Shown: positions 9,080 through 17,842, counted from the stretch's first letter. The stretch is DNA of 57,775 nt from a virus (IMGVR_UViG_3300033996_000257:1-57775); one strand, 5' to 3'. Notes: generated by a model not told the origin, from the sequence alone. A program made the numbers and translations.

Positions 9080-9501
9080 CACAAGATGAAATCATTGAGA
9101 TGGCTAGACAGGCTCGTCTTATGAGTGAGTACGATGAGGCTTCACCTTGGGTGGAAGATCACGAAATAACTCAATATGTTGAAGCCTTTGCCAAACTGGT
9201 AGCCGCCAAAGCCATTGCAGAATTGGAAAGCCAAGAACGCAACTTCTGCCCACGATGCGGCAAACGCACAAACGATATCCATACCTGCACACCACCACAG
9301 CGCACAGAGCAAGAGCCACAGATTGCAATTAACGCTCAAGTCGTTGGCTATGTTGAGCCACAGCGCACATGGGTAGGGCTGACGGATGAGGAGGTAGAAA
9401 GCTACTGGGGCTGGGAAGACTTTCAGTGCGGTTGCGGGAAGGGAACTTTGCTGGAGATGGTGCGTGACATTGAAGCCGCATTAAAAGAAAGAAACACATG
9501 A
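9076..9501 (+). CDS. Mosaic phage hypothetical protein with a CxxC...HxC knuckle
   Basis: MTQDEIIEMA, FCPRCGKR..DIHTCTP, RTWVGLTDEE modules. Confidence 0.75.
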   Translation: MTQDEIIEMARQARLMSEYDEASPWVEDHEITQYVEAFAKLVAAKAIAELESQERNFCPRCGKRTNDIHTCTPPQRTEQEPQIAINAQVVGYVEPQRTWVGLTDEEVESYWGWEDFQCGCGKGTLLEMVRDIEAALKERNT

Positions 9502-9710
9502 GTTGGAAAGATTCAACACTCAAGTACATCAAGGAACTGATGAAGCCAAAGCCAATCAGCGAAATCATCGAGAAAGAAATGCGTGAGGCCGTCATCAAGA
9601 AGTTAGAAGCTGAGAGCGCAGTGGAGTATGCGGCTTCAATCGTCACCTACAACGTCGAGCGTATAGCTCGGCTACAACGCAGACTTAAAGAACATCAGGA
9701 GGAAGAATGA
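9498..9710 (+). CDS. Hypothetical protein
   Basis: 70 aa, ATGA-coupled at both ends. Confidence 0.7.
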   Translation: MSWKDSTLKYIKELMKPKPISEIIEKEMREAVIKKLEAESAVEYAASIVTYNVERIARLQRRLKEHQEEE

Positions 9711-9919
9711 TATTTGACCGACTACTTGTCGCCGCCGTGTGCTGTTGGCTGGGCGTGACAGGTTTGTTTCCAGCTACAGCAGAACCAGTAAAGCCTCTGA
9801 CCCCAGCGCAGTTGCAAGCCAAGGCCAAACAGAAGTCAATCAGCAACGTATGCAAGGGCAAGCGCAAAAGCCAGACCGTGAAAGATTTGTGCAGAAGATG
9901 GGAGAACCAAAATGCTTGA
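9707..9919 (+). CDS. Small exported or membrane protein
   Basis: Hydrophobic N-terminus, basic C-terminus with a Cys pair. Confidence 0.6.
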   Translation: MIFDRLLVAAVCCWLGVTGLFPATAEPVKPLTPAQLQAKAKQKSISNVCKGKRKSQTVKDLCRRWENQNA

Positions 9920-10079
9920 GAAGATAAGAACGTTCTTTGGAAAAGTTCGTGGACAACACGCAGAGAAGCAAACCATAGTGGTTGAAGGCGACCTGTGGCG
10001 TTGCACAGAGTGCAAAATGCTTTTTCTAAATAGGGTAGTGGGGGAGCAGCACAAATGCCAAGACCAAAAAGTGAACTGA
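9912..10079 (+). CDS. 55-aa Zn-finger protein (not in ORF track)
   Basis: WRCTECKMLF...EQHKC; GGAG SD. Confidence 0.65.
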   Translation: MLEKIRTFFGKVRGQHAEKQTIVVEGDLWRCTECKMLFLNRVVGEQHKCQDQKVN

Positions 10080-10222
10080 CAGGTGTGGCTGTGAGCATCG
10101 GTGTGCGGTTAATCCCTGCACACTATGCAGAATGGAAACGCTTGGGTGGCCCAAAGTGGTTACGCCAAGAGCTATCAAAAAAGATCAAAGAAGCGCAAAC
10201 GCTTCAAAAGAACAAGGGCTAA
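10055..10222 (+). CDS. 55-aa putative ribbon-helix-helix DNA-binding protein (not in ORF track)
   Basis: MPRPKSELT...SIGVRL...EWKRLGGPKWLRQ; GGGGAG SD. Confidence 0.65.
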   Translation: MPRPKSELTGVAVSIGVRLIPAHYAEWKRLGGPKWLRQELSKKIKEAQTLQKNKG

Positions 10223-10376
10223 GCAGGTTTTTCAATTGTGATGTGTGCGAACCTAGTAGATGCGACCACAACATCACGAACAACAACAGCGCTTAGCCTT
10301 TGAGGAAACTGTTGTTGTTCGGCTTTCCAAACGCGAATTGAGGGGGCGCGTAATCTACTTGACCCCCTCACCAATT
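10213..10376 (+). ncRNA. Candidate multi-pseudoknot structured RNA
   Basis: Three hairpins and three loop-mediated pairings in a gap of an otherwise gene-dense arm. Confidence 0.6.
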
Positions 10377-10390
10377 ACCAAGGAAACTGT

Positions 10391-10693
10391 ATGGCATCGA
10401 CACCAGAAGTAAAAGTAAAAAAACAAATCAGGAAGTTGCTTGACGAGCTGGGCGTGTATTACGCCATGCCTATCGGCACAGGCTACGGCAACTCAGGGGT
10501 GCCAGACTTTTTGATATGTGCCAGCGGCATGTTCATTGGCGTAGAAGCAAAAGCGGGGAAGAACAAACCGACCCTGTTACAAGAGGAACACATGCGCCGC
10601 ATAAGAAGCGCAGGGGGTGTGGCAATGGTAGTAAACGAAGACAACATAAACGAACTTAGAGAGGCACTAACATGGAACAAGAACAAGCAATAG
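10391..10693 (+). CDS. VRR-NUC domain nuclease (resolvase-like)
   Basis: TPE..VK, GVPD, GVEAK, PT.LQ. Confidence 0.9.
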   Translation: MASTPEVKVKKQIRKLLDELGVYYAMPIGTGYGNSGVPDFLICASGMFIGVEAKAGKNKPTLLQEEHMRRIRSAGGVAMVVNEDNINELREALTWNKNKQ

Positions 10694-10944
10694 ACCTGTT
10701 GCTCAAGGCAATGTCGGACGAAGAGAAGGCGCACTTCAAAACCACGGTGTTGAAGTTCCTCACATGCTACGGCCCCAACGCAAACCAAGCAGTGCTCATC
10801 ATTAAGAACACAGGCGAAGACCGCTTGGAGGTAGCCACCATGAACCTAGACGAAATGGAGGCAGCGGAAATCATGATCGAAGCCAATGATTTTTTCGGAT
10901 TCTTAAACACTATCGACGCACCCCCTAAAGAGGCATTCAATTGA
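10672..10944 (+). CDS. Hypothetical protein
   Basis: 90 aa, GAGG SD. Confidence 0.75.
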   Translation: MEQEQAIDLLLKAMSDEEKAHFKTTVLKFLTCYGPNANQAVLIIKNTGEDRLEVATMNLDEMEAAEIMIEANDFFGFLNTIDAPPKEAFN

Positions 10945-12908
10945 GCAAACCATTTGACCGAATAATTTCCATCGACTTTGAAACTCGGTGGGACAAACAA
11001 AGTTACACCCTATCCAAGATGACAACAGAGGAGTACATACGTGACAAAAGGTTCAAAGCTTTCGGAGCGTGCATCCATGAATATGGAACTGACAACCCAA
11101 CTGAATGGGTTGGAGGAGATAGATTACGTGAGTACTTTTCTGGAGTGGACTGGGGACGAACCGCAGTGCTTGCGCACAATGCACAGTTCGATGTATCCAT
11201 TATGGAATGGGTATATAACGCCAGACCAACCTTCATCTTCGACACCCTATCAATGGCAAGAGCTTTACGCGGCGTGGAAGTTGGCAACTCCCTTGCGAAG
11301 TTGGCGCTCGACTTCGGACTTCGACCAAAGGGAACGGCAGTACACAGCACTGATGGCCTCACATCAATATCGCCAGAGATTGAAAGAGAACTTGCCGAGT
11401 ACTGCGCCCATGATGTGTACCTGTGCGAAGAAGTTTTCAGTCGGTTCATTAACGGATACCCCAAATCCGAACTGCGTCTGATCGACATGACGCTCAAGAT
11501 GTACACACGACCAACGCTTGAGCTTGACAGCAAGATGCTTATCAAGGCACTGACAGAAGAAGGAGAACTACGTGAAGGACTGTTACAAAGGCTGGGCATA
11601 CAAGAAGCTGAGCTCGCATCGAACCCGAAGTTTGCTGACGTACTTCAAAGCCTCGGGGTTACTCCCCCGACTAAGGTCAGTAAAACTACCGGCAAAGAAG
11701 CGTTCGCTTTTGCCAAGAATGATGCTCTCTTCCAAGCGTTGCTTAACGGTGAACGTGAAGATGTTGCCCTCCTTTGTGAGGCACGCCTTAAAGTTAAATC
11801 CACGACCGAGCGCACAAGGGCACAGCGCTTCCTCGACATATCTCAACGCGGCAAACTACCGGTTCCGCTCTCGTATTACGGCGCTCTCTCGGGTCGCTGG
11901 ACGGCGGCAAAAGGTTCAGCAATCAACATGCAGAACCTCAAGCGAGGCAGTTTCCTACGCAAAGCAATTATGGCTCCCGAGGGCTACCAACTCGTTGTGG
12001 GCGACCTCTCGCAAATTGAGCCGCGAGTACTCGCGTGGTTGGCTGACTATGCAGACATGCTCGACATCTTCAGGGCTGGAGGTGACCCTTATGCGGCCTT
12101 CGGTAGCCAGATGTTCAATATCCCCGGTCTCACCAAAGAATCCCATCCTGATCTGCGGCAGTCGGCAAAGAGCGCGTTACTGGGCTGTGGCTATGGACTG
12201 GGTTGGGCTTCATTCGCTTCGCAACTCCTCACAGGTTTCCTCGGTGCGCCGCCTGTACGGTACTCCAAGGACTTCGCCAAAGCGCTCGGCGTTAACTCTG
12301 AGTACGCGCAGGAGTTTGTCAAGTGGGACGGCAACGACTCCAAGCTGTTCGACATCCCACACACTTGTTCTGATAAAGAACTCCTGACCCATGCCCTTGC
12401 CGCCAAAGCAATCATTGATACATACCGCCGTACTGCTTGGCCTATTGTTTCTATGTGGGGGCTGTTCAATGAGCTTATACACAAGTCGCTGTATTTGGGC
12501 AAAGAGTACACGCACAAGTGTTTGACATTCCGCAAAGGCGAGATAGAATTACCAAACGGAATGAAGCTTCTGTACCCCAACCTACGTCTTGAACAAGATA
12601 CCAAAGGCAGACCGCAGTGGGTGTATGGAGAGCGTGCAACAAAGTTGTATGCAGGTAAGATAACGAACAATGTGACGCAAGCGCTTGCCAGAATCGTGAT
12701 GACGGATGGCATGTTGAGGGTATCGAAGAAGTACCCAATTGCTGGCACGGTGCACGACGAGTTGATCGCTGTTGTGCCTGATGATGAAGTTGTTGACGCT
12801 AAGACTTGGGTCTTGGCGCAGATGACTATGGAGCCGAAGTACATGCCGGGGATACCTCTGGCCGCTGACGGTGGTGCGCACCGTAGATATGGGTTAGCAA
12901 AATCATAG
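10941..12908 (+). CDS. polA: Family A DNA polymerase with 3'-5' exonuclease
   Basis: DFET, HNAQFD, YCAHD; motif A DLSQIEPR, motif B RQSAKSALLGCGYG, motif C VHDE; TTG start. Confidence 0.96.
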   Translation: MSKPFDRIISIDFETRWDKQSYTLSKMTTEEYIRDKRFKAFGACIHEYGTDNPTEWVGGDRLREYFSGVDWGRTAVLAHNAQFDVSIMEWVYNARPTFIFDTLSMARALRGVEVGNSLAKLALDFGLRPKGTAVHSTDGLTSISPEIERELAEYCAHDVYLCEEVFSRFINGYPKSELRLIDMTLKMYTRPTLELDSKMLIKALTEEGELREGLLQRLGIQEAELASNPKFADVLQSLGVTPPTKVSKTTGKEAFAFAKNDALFQALLNGEREDVALLCEARLKVKSTTERTRAQRFLDISQRGKLPVPLSYYGALSGRWTAAKGSAINMQNLKRGSFLRKAIMAPEGYQLVVGDLSQIEPRVLAWLADYADMLDIFRAGGDPYAAFGSQMFNIPGLTKESHPDLRQSAKSALLGCGYGLGWASFASQLLTGFLGAPPVRYSKDFAKALGVNSEYAQEFVKWDGNDSKLFDIPHTCSDKELLTHALAAKAIIDTYRRTAWPIVSMWGLFNELIHKSLYLGKEYTHKCLTFRKGEIELPNGMKLLYPNLRLEQDTKGRPQWVYGERATKLYAGKITNNVTQALARIVMTDGMLRVSKKYPIAGTVHDELIAVVPDDEVVDAKTWVLAQMTMEPKYMPGIPLAADGGAHRRYGLAKS

Positions 12909-12918
12909 GGAGAAGCAC

Positions 12919-13215
12919 ATGAAAATACCCAAACAATTCACAGTGGGGCCAACGACGTACAACGTTGAATGGCGTCAAACCATCCAAGACCCTGCCGCAA
13001 TGGGGCGTACGTACTACCGCAAGAAGTTGGTTGAGATGGCGCAGTACGACGAGTTTGGCAACAAGTTTGAGCAGTCAGAACTTGACGACACGTTCTGGCA
13101 TGAGTTGACGCACATCATTCTGCAAGACATGGGCAGCGACTTGACCGACAACGAGAACTTTGTTACCGCGTTTGCCAACAGATTAACGCAAGCAGTTAAT
13201 TCCGCCAAACTATGA
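12919..13215 (+). CDS. Small putative zinc metallopeptidase
   Basis: DTFWHELTH (HExxH) followed by NE.FV. Confidence 0.65.
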   Translation: MKIPKQFTVGPTTYNVEWRQTIQDPAAMGRTYYRKKLVEMAQYDEFGNKFEQSELDDTFWHELTHIILQDMGSDLTDNENFVTAFANRLTQAVNSAKL

Positions 13216-13877
13216 AAAAACAAGCATGGTCACACTCTTCCCTCAAAGACTTTGAGGGTTGTCAACGCCGTTACTACGAAGTCAAGGTACTTAAAAACTA
13301 CCCGTTTACAGAAACCGAAGCGACGCGGTACGGCAACCAAGTCCACGAAGCCTTGGAGATGTATGTCAAGGAGGGCACTCCAATCCCGCCTGCATACGCG
13401 CAGTTCCAACCTGTGGTGGACGCGTTGCTAAACAAGTCCGGACGTAAGCTGGCTGAGTATGAGATGGCGTTGACCACCGACCTATTGCCAACAAGTTGGA
13501 AAGCAGATAACGTATGGGTGCGTGGTATCGCAGACCTGTTAATTGTTGATGACGAAAACCTGACCGCATGGGTGGCAGACTACAAGACCGGCAACAACAA
13601 GTACCCAGACCGCGATCAGCTTGTGCTCATGTCTATTATGGTGTTTGCGCACTTCCCCCACATACGCAAGGTTAACTCGGCGTTATTGTTTCTTGTAAAG
13701 AATGACTTTGTAAAGATGTCAATGACAGCAGACGAGGCCAAGAAACATTGGTGGGACTACCGTGAACGCTATGCGCGACTTGAAGCATCTTTTTCAAACG
13801 ATGTGTGGAACCCAAACCAAACGCCTTTGTGCGGTTGGTGTCCGGTAAAAACATGCGAGTTCAATCCAAAACATTAA
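13212..13877 (+). CDS. PD-(D/E)XK RecB/Cas4-like nuclease
   Basis: WS.S, G..VH, RGIAD, DYKTG, QL, C..C....C. Confidence 0.9.
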   Translation: MKKQAWSHSSLKDFEGCQRRYYEVKVLKNYPFTETEATRYGNQVHEALEMYVKEGTPIPPAYAQFQPVVDALLNKSGRKLAEYEMALTTDLLPTSWKADNVWVRGIADLLIVDDENLTAWVADYKTGNNKYPDRDQLVLMSIMVFAHFPHIRKVNSALLFLVKNDFVKMSMTADEAKKHWWDYRERYARLEASFSNDVWNPNQTPLCGWCPVKTCEFNPKH

Positions 13878-13886
13878 GGAACACTC

Positions 13887-14147
13887 ATGCCTTACAAAAA
13901 CCCAGAAGACCGTCCTTCGTACGCAAAGTACGAACAGAAACCAGAGATCATTAAAAAAAGAACCGCTCGAAATAAAGCACGCGCAATGCTTATGAAAGAG
14001 GGTATCGTAAAAAAAGGAGATGGAAAAGATGTCGATCATAAACAACCCCTTTCAAAAGGCGGCGCAACAACAAGGAGTAACTTACGCGTTAAATCAGCAT
14101 CAGATAACAGGAGTTTCAAACGCAAATCTGACCACAGCATCAAGTAG
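13887..14147 (+). CDS. Small HNH endonuclease-like protein
   Basis: GDGKDVDH..PLSKGG...NLR.....NR. Confidence 0.8.
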   Translation: MPYKNPEDRPSYAKYEQKPEIIKKRTARNKARAMLMKEGIVKKGDGKDVDHKQPLSKGGATTRSNLRVKSASDNRSFKRKSDHSIK

Positions 14148-14406
14148 AAAACAGTTTGACAGCGAAATAACAACCGCCATGCAAATAACAATTGCCATGC
14201 TTGAATCCGAAGCGTTCAATATCCCTGTCAGCAGACTGATTGATGTGTGGGTAACACGTTTTGGAAACAAGTGGGTAGACCTAGAAACTTTAGAGGGCGA
14301 TGAGTTCTTTAACAGTGCGTTCAAGAGACTTAAACAACTCGGAGAAGTTGAAGTCCACTTTCTAACAGACAGAGCGCGGTACGTATGCCGCATGCCAGAG
14401 CAATAA
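14029..14406 (+). CDS. Hypothetical protein, paralogue of the next gene (start uncertain)
   Basis: EAFNIPVSRLIDVWVTRFGNKWVD; AGGAG 9 nt before ATG 14029. Confidence 0.65.
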   Translation: MSIINNPFQKAAQQQGVTYALNQHQITGVSNANLTTASSRKQFDSEITTAMQITIAMLESEAFNIPVSRLIDVWVTRFGNKWVDLETLEGDEFFNSAFKRLKQLGEVEVHFLTDRARYVCRMPEQ

Positions 14407-14418
14407 CAGGAGAAGCAA

Positions 14419-14769
14419 ATGGGAAAAATTAAATCGTTAGGCCAATCGCTAACAGAACACCTAGAGGCCGTATATGCGCAAGAAAACGCAAAACTACACA
14501 GCCAAATTTGGCAGGGAGGGGTACCACAAGCCAGCAAGAAAAATATACGCGTAGACAACCCCAATACGCGTGAAGCGTACGTCATTCCACTATCAAGACT
14601 GGCAGATATGTGGAGAGCAAAGTTTGGCGACTTGTGGGTAGACGTTTCAGAACTAGAAGAAGAGTTCTGGTGGGACGCATCAGCAAGACTTCACAGAAAC
14701 AACCTGATGGAAGAGATTGAATTTAGAGAAAGCAACACGCCGTGGGCTCGGTTGAAGGAAGATGCGTAA
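14419..14769 (+). CDS. Hypothetical protein, paralogue of the previous gene
   Basis: EAYVIPLSRLADMWRAKFGDLWVD; AGGAG SD. Confidence 0.75.
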   Translation: MGKIKSLGQSLTEHLEAVYAQENAKLHSQIWQGGVPQASKKNIRVDNPNTREAYVIPLSRLADMWRAKFGDLWVDVSELEEEFWWDASARLHRNNLMEEIEFRESNTPWARLKEDA

Positions 14770-16331
14770 TGGAAATAATTGACAACAAAGCACTGCTACT
14801 GCGCACACGCGACCCAAGTAAATACAGCATCATTCCAAAGCACAAAGTAGTTGGTGAAGAGGATGGCATATACCAAATTGCTGTGTACTGGGGCCTTGAT
14901 GAAAGTCGCGTGTTAAAAAATCTTGGTGTCAAAGATGTACCGTCCCCAATCAAAGGGCGCTATGGTTGGCCGGGCAAGTACAAGCCTATGGATCACCAAA
15001 TTGAAACAGCAGCATTCCTAACACTACACCGCAGAGCTTTCTGTTTTAATGACCCCGGCACTGGCAAGACGCTATCTGCTTTGTGGGCGGCTGATTATCT
15101 AATTGAGCGTGGTGAAGTTCGCAGGGTGTTGGTGCTATGCCCCCTATCAATCATGCACAGCGCATGGATGGGCGACATCATGAACAGCACCATGCACCGA
15201 AGCGCCATCGTTGCCCACCATCAGCAAGCATCACGCCGTATAGAAATGATTCAGCGTGACTACGAGATCGTAATTGCCAACTACGACGGACTGAATCTGA
15301 TTGCGGATGAGATACGCAATGATGGTCGCTTTGATCTTGTAATTATTGATGAGGCCAACGCATACAAGAACCCATCAACACGGCGTTGGAAGGCGTTGGC
15401 ATCTATCATCAAGCCTGAGACATACCTATGGATGATGACTGGTACACCCGCATCGCAGTCTCCTGTTGATGCGTATGGCCTTGCAAGACTTGTTAATCCA
15501 AGCGGCGTGCCCAAGTTCCAAACAGCGTGGCGCGATAAGGTGATGAACAAGATCAGCATGTTTAAGTGGACACCAAAAATAGATGCGCGGTCTATGGTGT
15601 ACGAAGCACTGCAACCGGCAATTCGTTTTACAAAAGGCCAGTGTCTTGACCTACCGCCGGTAATTACAGTGACACGCGAAGTGCCTATGACACCACAACA
15701 AAACAAATACTATCGGATGTTAAAAGAGCAGATGATGGTGCGTGCGGCGGGAGAAACAATCAGCGCAGTCAATGCAGGTGTTGCAGTAAACAAGCTGCTA
15801 CAAATATCATGCGGTGCCGCGTACACAGACGATAGGGAGGTTGTGGAGTTCGACGCATCTCCTCGACTGCATGTGCTGGAGGAAGTGTTGGAAGAAACAG
15901 AGCGCAAGGTAATCATCTTTGCGTTGTTCCGTTCCAGCATAGACACCATCGTGACGCATTTGGTGAAGCAGGGCTACGCCGTGGGACAAATTCATGGCGA
16001 CGTGACCGCAACAAAACGTGGGCAGATAATTGGAGACTTTCAGTCAACCGACAAGATACGCGTGTTGGTGATGCAGCCACAAGCAACAGCCCACGGGATT
16101 ACCCTAACTGCCGCAGACACTGTTGTGTTTTTTGGGCCGCTGATGAGCGTGGAGATGTACACGCAGTGTATTGCGCGAGCAGATCGCAAAGGTCAGAACT
16201 CCGACAAAGTTACTGTGGTACACATCGAGTCCAGCCCTATTGAGAAAAAACTATTCAAGGCAATGGCGGGTAAAGTTGACGACCACAAATTACTGGTAGA
16301 TATGTTTGACAGTGAAGTTAAAAATATTTAA
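14769..16331 (+). CDS. SNF2-family (SF2) helicase
   Basis: DPGTGKT, DEAN, TGTP, KLLQI, HGITL, ARADRKGQ. Confidence 0.93.
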   Translation: MEIIDNKALLLRTRDPSKYSIIPKHKVVGEEDGIYQIAVYWGLDESRVLKNLGVKDVPSPIKGRYGWPGKYKPMDHQIETAAFLTLHRRAFCFNDPGTGKTLSALWAADYLIERGEVRRVLVLCPLSIMHSAWMGDIMNSTMHRSAIVAHHQQASRRIEMIQRDYEIVIANYDGLNLIADEIRNDGRFDLVIIDEANAYKNPSTRRWKALASIIKPETYLWMMTGTPASQSPVDAYGLARLVNPSGVPKFQTAWRDKVMNKISMFKWTPKIDARSMVYEALQPAIRFTKGQCLDLPPVITVTREVPMTPQQNKYYRMLKEQMMVRAAGETISAVNAGVAVNKLLQISCGAAYTDDREVVEFDASPRLHVLEEVLEETERKVIIFALFRSSIDTIVTHLVKQGYAVGQIHGDVTATKRGQIIGDFQSTDKIRVLVMQPQATAHGITLTAADTVVFFGPLMSVEMYTQCIARADRKGQNSDKVTVVHIESSPIEKKLFKAMAGKVDDHKLLVDMFDSEVKNI

Positions 16332-16340
16332 AGAAAGGAG

Positions 16341-16383
16341 TTGCGTTTGGATCTGTTCCGTGTATGATGTTAAACGTTAGACA
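16341..16383 (+). promoter_or_regulatory. Sigma70-like promoter with an operator over the start site
   Basis: TTGCGT-16-TATGAT at 16341-16368; TGTTAAACGTTAGACA at 16368-16383. Confidence 0.55.
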
Positions 16384-16401
16384 AAATAACAGGAGAAGCA
16401 A

Positions 16402-16851
16402 ATGACTACAGCAGTCGATGATGACGCTCCCCCACAAGAGGAGAGCACGGAGTTAGCCAGCGTTCCAATGGACAAACTGGCAAAGGTGTATCGTAAGATG
16501 GCGGCTCGAATTCAAGAGCTGACTCAAGCGTACGAAAACGAAGTTGAGGAAATCAAGCGGCAACAAGATGTCGTGAAGATAGCACTCAAAGATCAGATGC
16601 TTGCACTGGGCATGTCCTCTGTGCGCACTGACCAAGGCACTGTGGTGTTGTCCACAAAGACACGCTACAACACACAAGACTGGGATTCATTCAAGACATT
16701 CGTGCTTCAACACGAAGCCGTTGACTTGTTGGAAAAGCGTATTGCGCAGACCAACATGGCAACATTTCTTGAAGAGAACCCCGGCCTCGTACCACCCGGA
16801 TTGAACTCATTAACTGAGTACGCAATCTCTGTTCGCAAACCAACCAAGTAA
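16402..16851 (+). CDS. Conserved coiled-coil replication-module protein
   Basis: 149 aa; SVRT..GT, DW..F, LLEKRIAQ, PPGL. Confidence 0.75.
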   Translation: MTTAVDDDAPPQEESTELASVPMDKLAKVYRKMAARIQELTQAYENEVEEIKRQQDVVKIALKDQMLALGMSSVRTDQGTVVLSTKTRYNTQDWDSFKTFVLQHEAVDLLEKRIAQTNMATFLEENPGLVPPGLNSLTEYAISVRKPTK

Positions 16852-16867
16852 TCAGGAGAAATATCAC

Positions 16868-17821
16868 ATGACTAATGTGACGCTTTTTAACAAAGCAAAC
16901 GTTCCAGCGTTTGCGAAAGGCCGTGAAGGTCTGTCCTCAGTTGCCAAAGCTTTGGCTGGTGGTAATGTTGATACCACCAAGCGTATCTCAATCAAGGGCG
17001 GCGTGTTTCGTTTGTACAGCGGCGGTAAAGAAATCGCTTCAATCGAAGAACGCTATCTGGACGTTGTGTTCGTTGCCGCCGCGCCAGACATTGGCCGCGT
17101 TTTTTATGCTAAGGCATACGATGGTGAGATTTCTGCGCCTGACTGCTGGTCTGCTGATGGCAAGACACCCTCTATTGATGCCGGCAACAAACAGCACTCC
17201 AACTGCAAAGACTGCCCACAAAACATTGCAGGGTCTGGTCAGGGTAATAGCCGCGCATGCCGCTACCAACAACGCGTTGCTGTAGTGTTGGCCAACGACA
17301 TGGAAGGCGACATTCTTCAGTTGACTCTGCCAGCCAAATCAATCTTTGGTGATGGCGAAGGTGAGAACCGCCCATTACAAGCATACATCAAGTGGTTGAT
17401 GGCGCAACAAGAACCAATCGACCCCAGCTTGGTTGTTACGCGCTTGAAGTTTGATACCAAGTCCGAAAGCCCCAAACTGTTTTTCAAAGAGATGCGCTGG
17501 TTGAATGACGAAGAGTTTGAGATTGTGTCCGTCAAGGCTGAGTCAGCAGAAGCCAAACGCGCTATTGCTATGACAATGCCCAAGCAAGCCGCTGTGTCTG
17601 CGCCTCTGGCAATTGCCGGTACACGCCCTGCCAAAGTTGAAGAAGCTGAGGAAGAAGAGCCACCAGCACCAGCACCAAAGGCAAAGAAAGCCAAAGCCGC
17701 GCCTGTTGCAGAGGATGAAGGCGAAGAGCCTACTGTGCGCAAGGAAGAGAAAAAGCCAAGTGCCGTGCCTGCCAAGAAGTCAAACTTGGCGGCGATGGTT
17801 GACGATTGGGACGAAACTTAA
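16868..17821 (+). CDS. Putative single-stranded DNA-binding protein
   Basis: RISIKGGVF, Cys cluster (PDCWS...C..C...C), flexible acidic tail ending DDWDET. Confidence 0.6.
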   Translation: MTNVTLFNKANVPAFAKGREGLSSVAKALAGGNVDTTKRISIKGGVFRLYSGGKEIASIEERYLDVVFVAAAPDIGRVFYAKAYDGEISAPDCWSADGKTPSIDAGNKQHSNCKDCPQNIAGSGQGNSRACRYQQRVAVVLANDMEGDILQLTLPAKSIFGDGEGENRPLQAYIKWLMAQQEPIDPSLVVTRLKFDTKSESPKLFFKEMRWLNDEEFEIVSVKAESAEAKRAIAMTMPKQAAVSAPLAIAGTRPAKVEEAEEEEPPAPAPKAKKAKAAPVAEDEGEEPTVRKEEKKPSAVPAKKSNLAAMVDDWDET

Positions 17822-17828
17822 GAAGGAG

Positions 17829-17842
17829 GGGGCTTCGGCCCC
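17829..17842 (+). promoter_or_regulatory. cUUCGg hairpin between SD and start codon
   Basis: AAGGAG-GGGGC-TTCG-GCCCC-TTACAGC-ATG; no U-tract. Confidence 0.55.

Noticed and set aside
10223-10390. tRNA or intrinsic terminator in the gap before VRR-NUC
   Set aside because: No T-loop/D-loop consensus or cloverleaf, and no U-tract after the hairpins
13212-13877. Cas4 implying a CRISPR system
   Set aside because: Stand-alone phage PD-(D/E)XK nuclease; no array or other cas genes seen
10941-14147. Intron or intein in the polymerase mobilised by the HNH
   Set aside because: Polymerase ORF is continuous and of normal size; the HNH is a small free-standing gene
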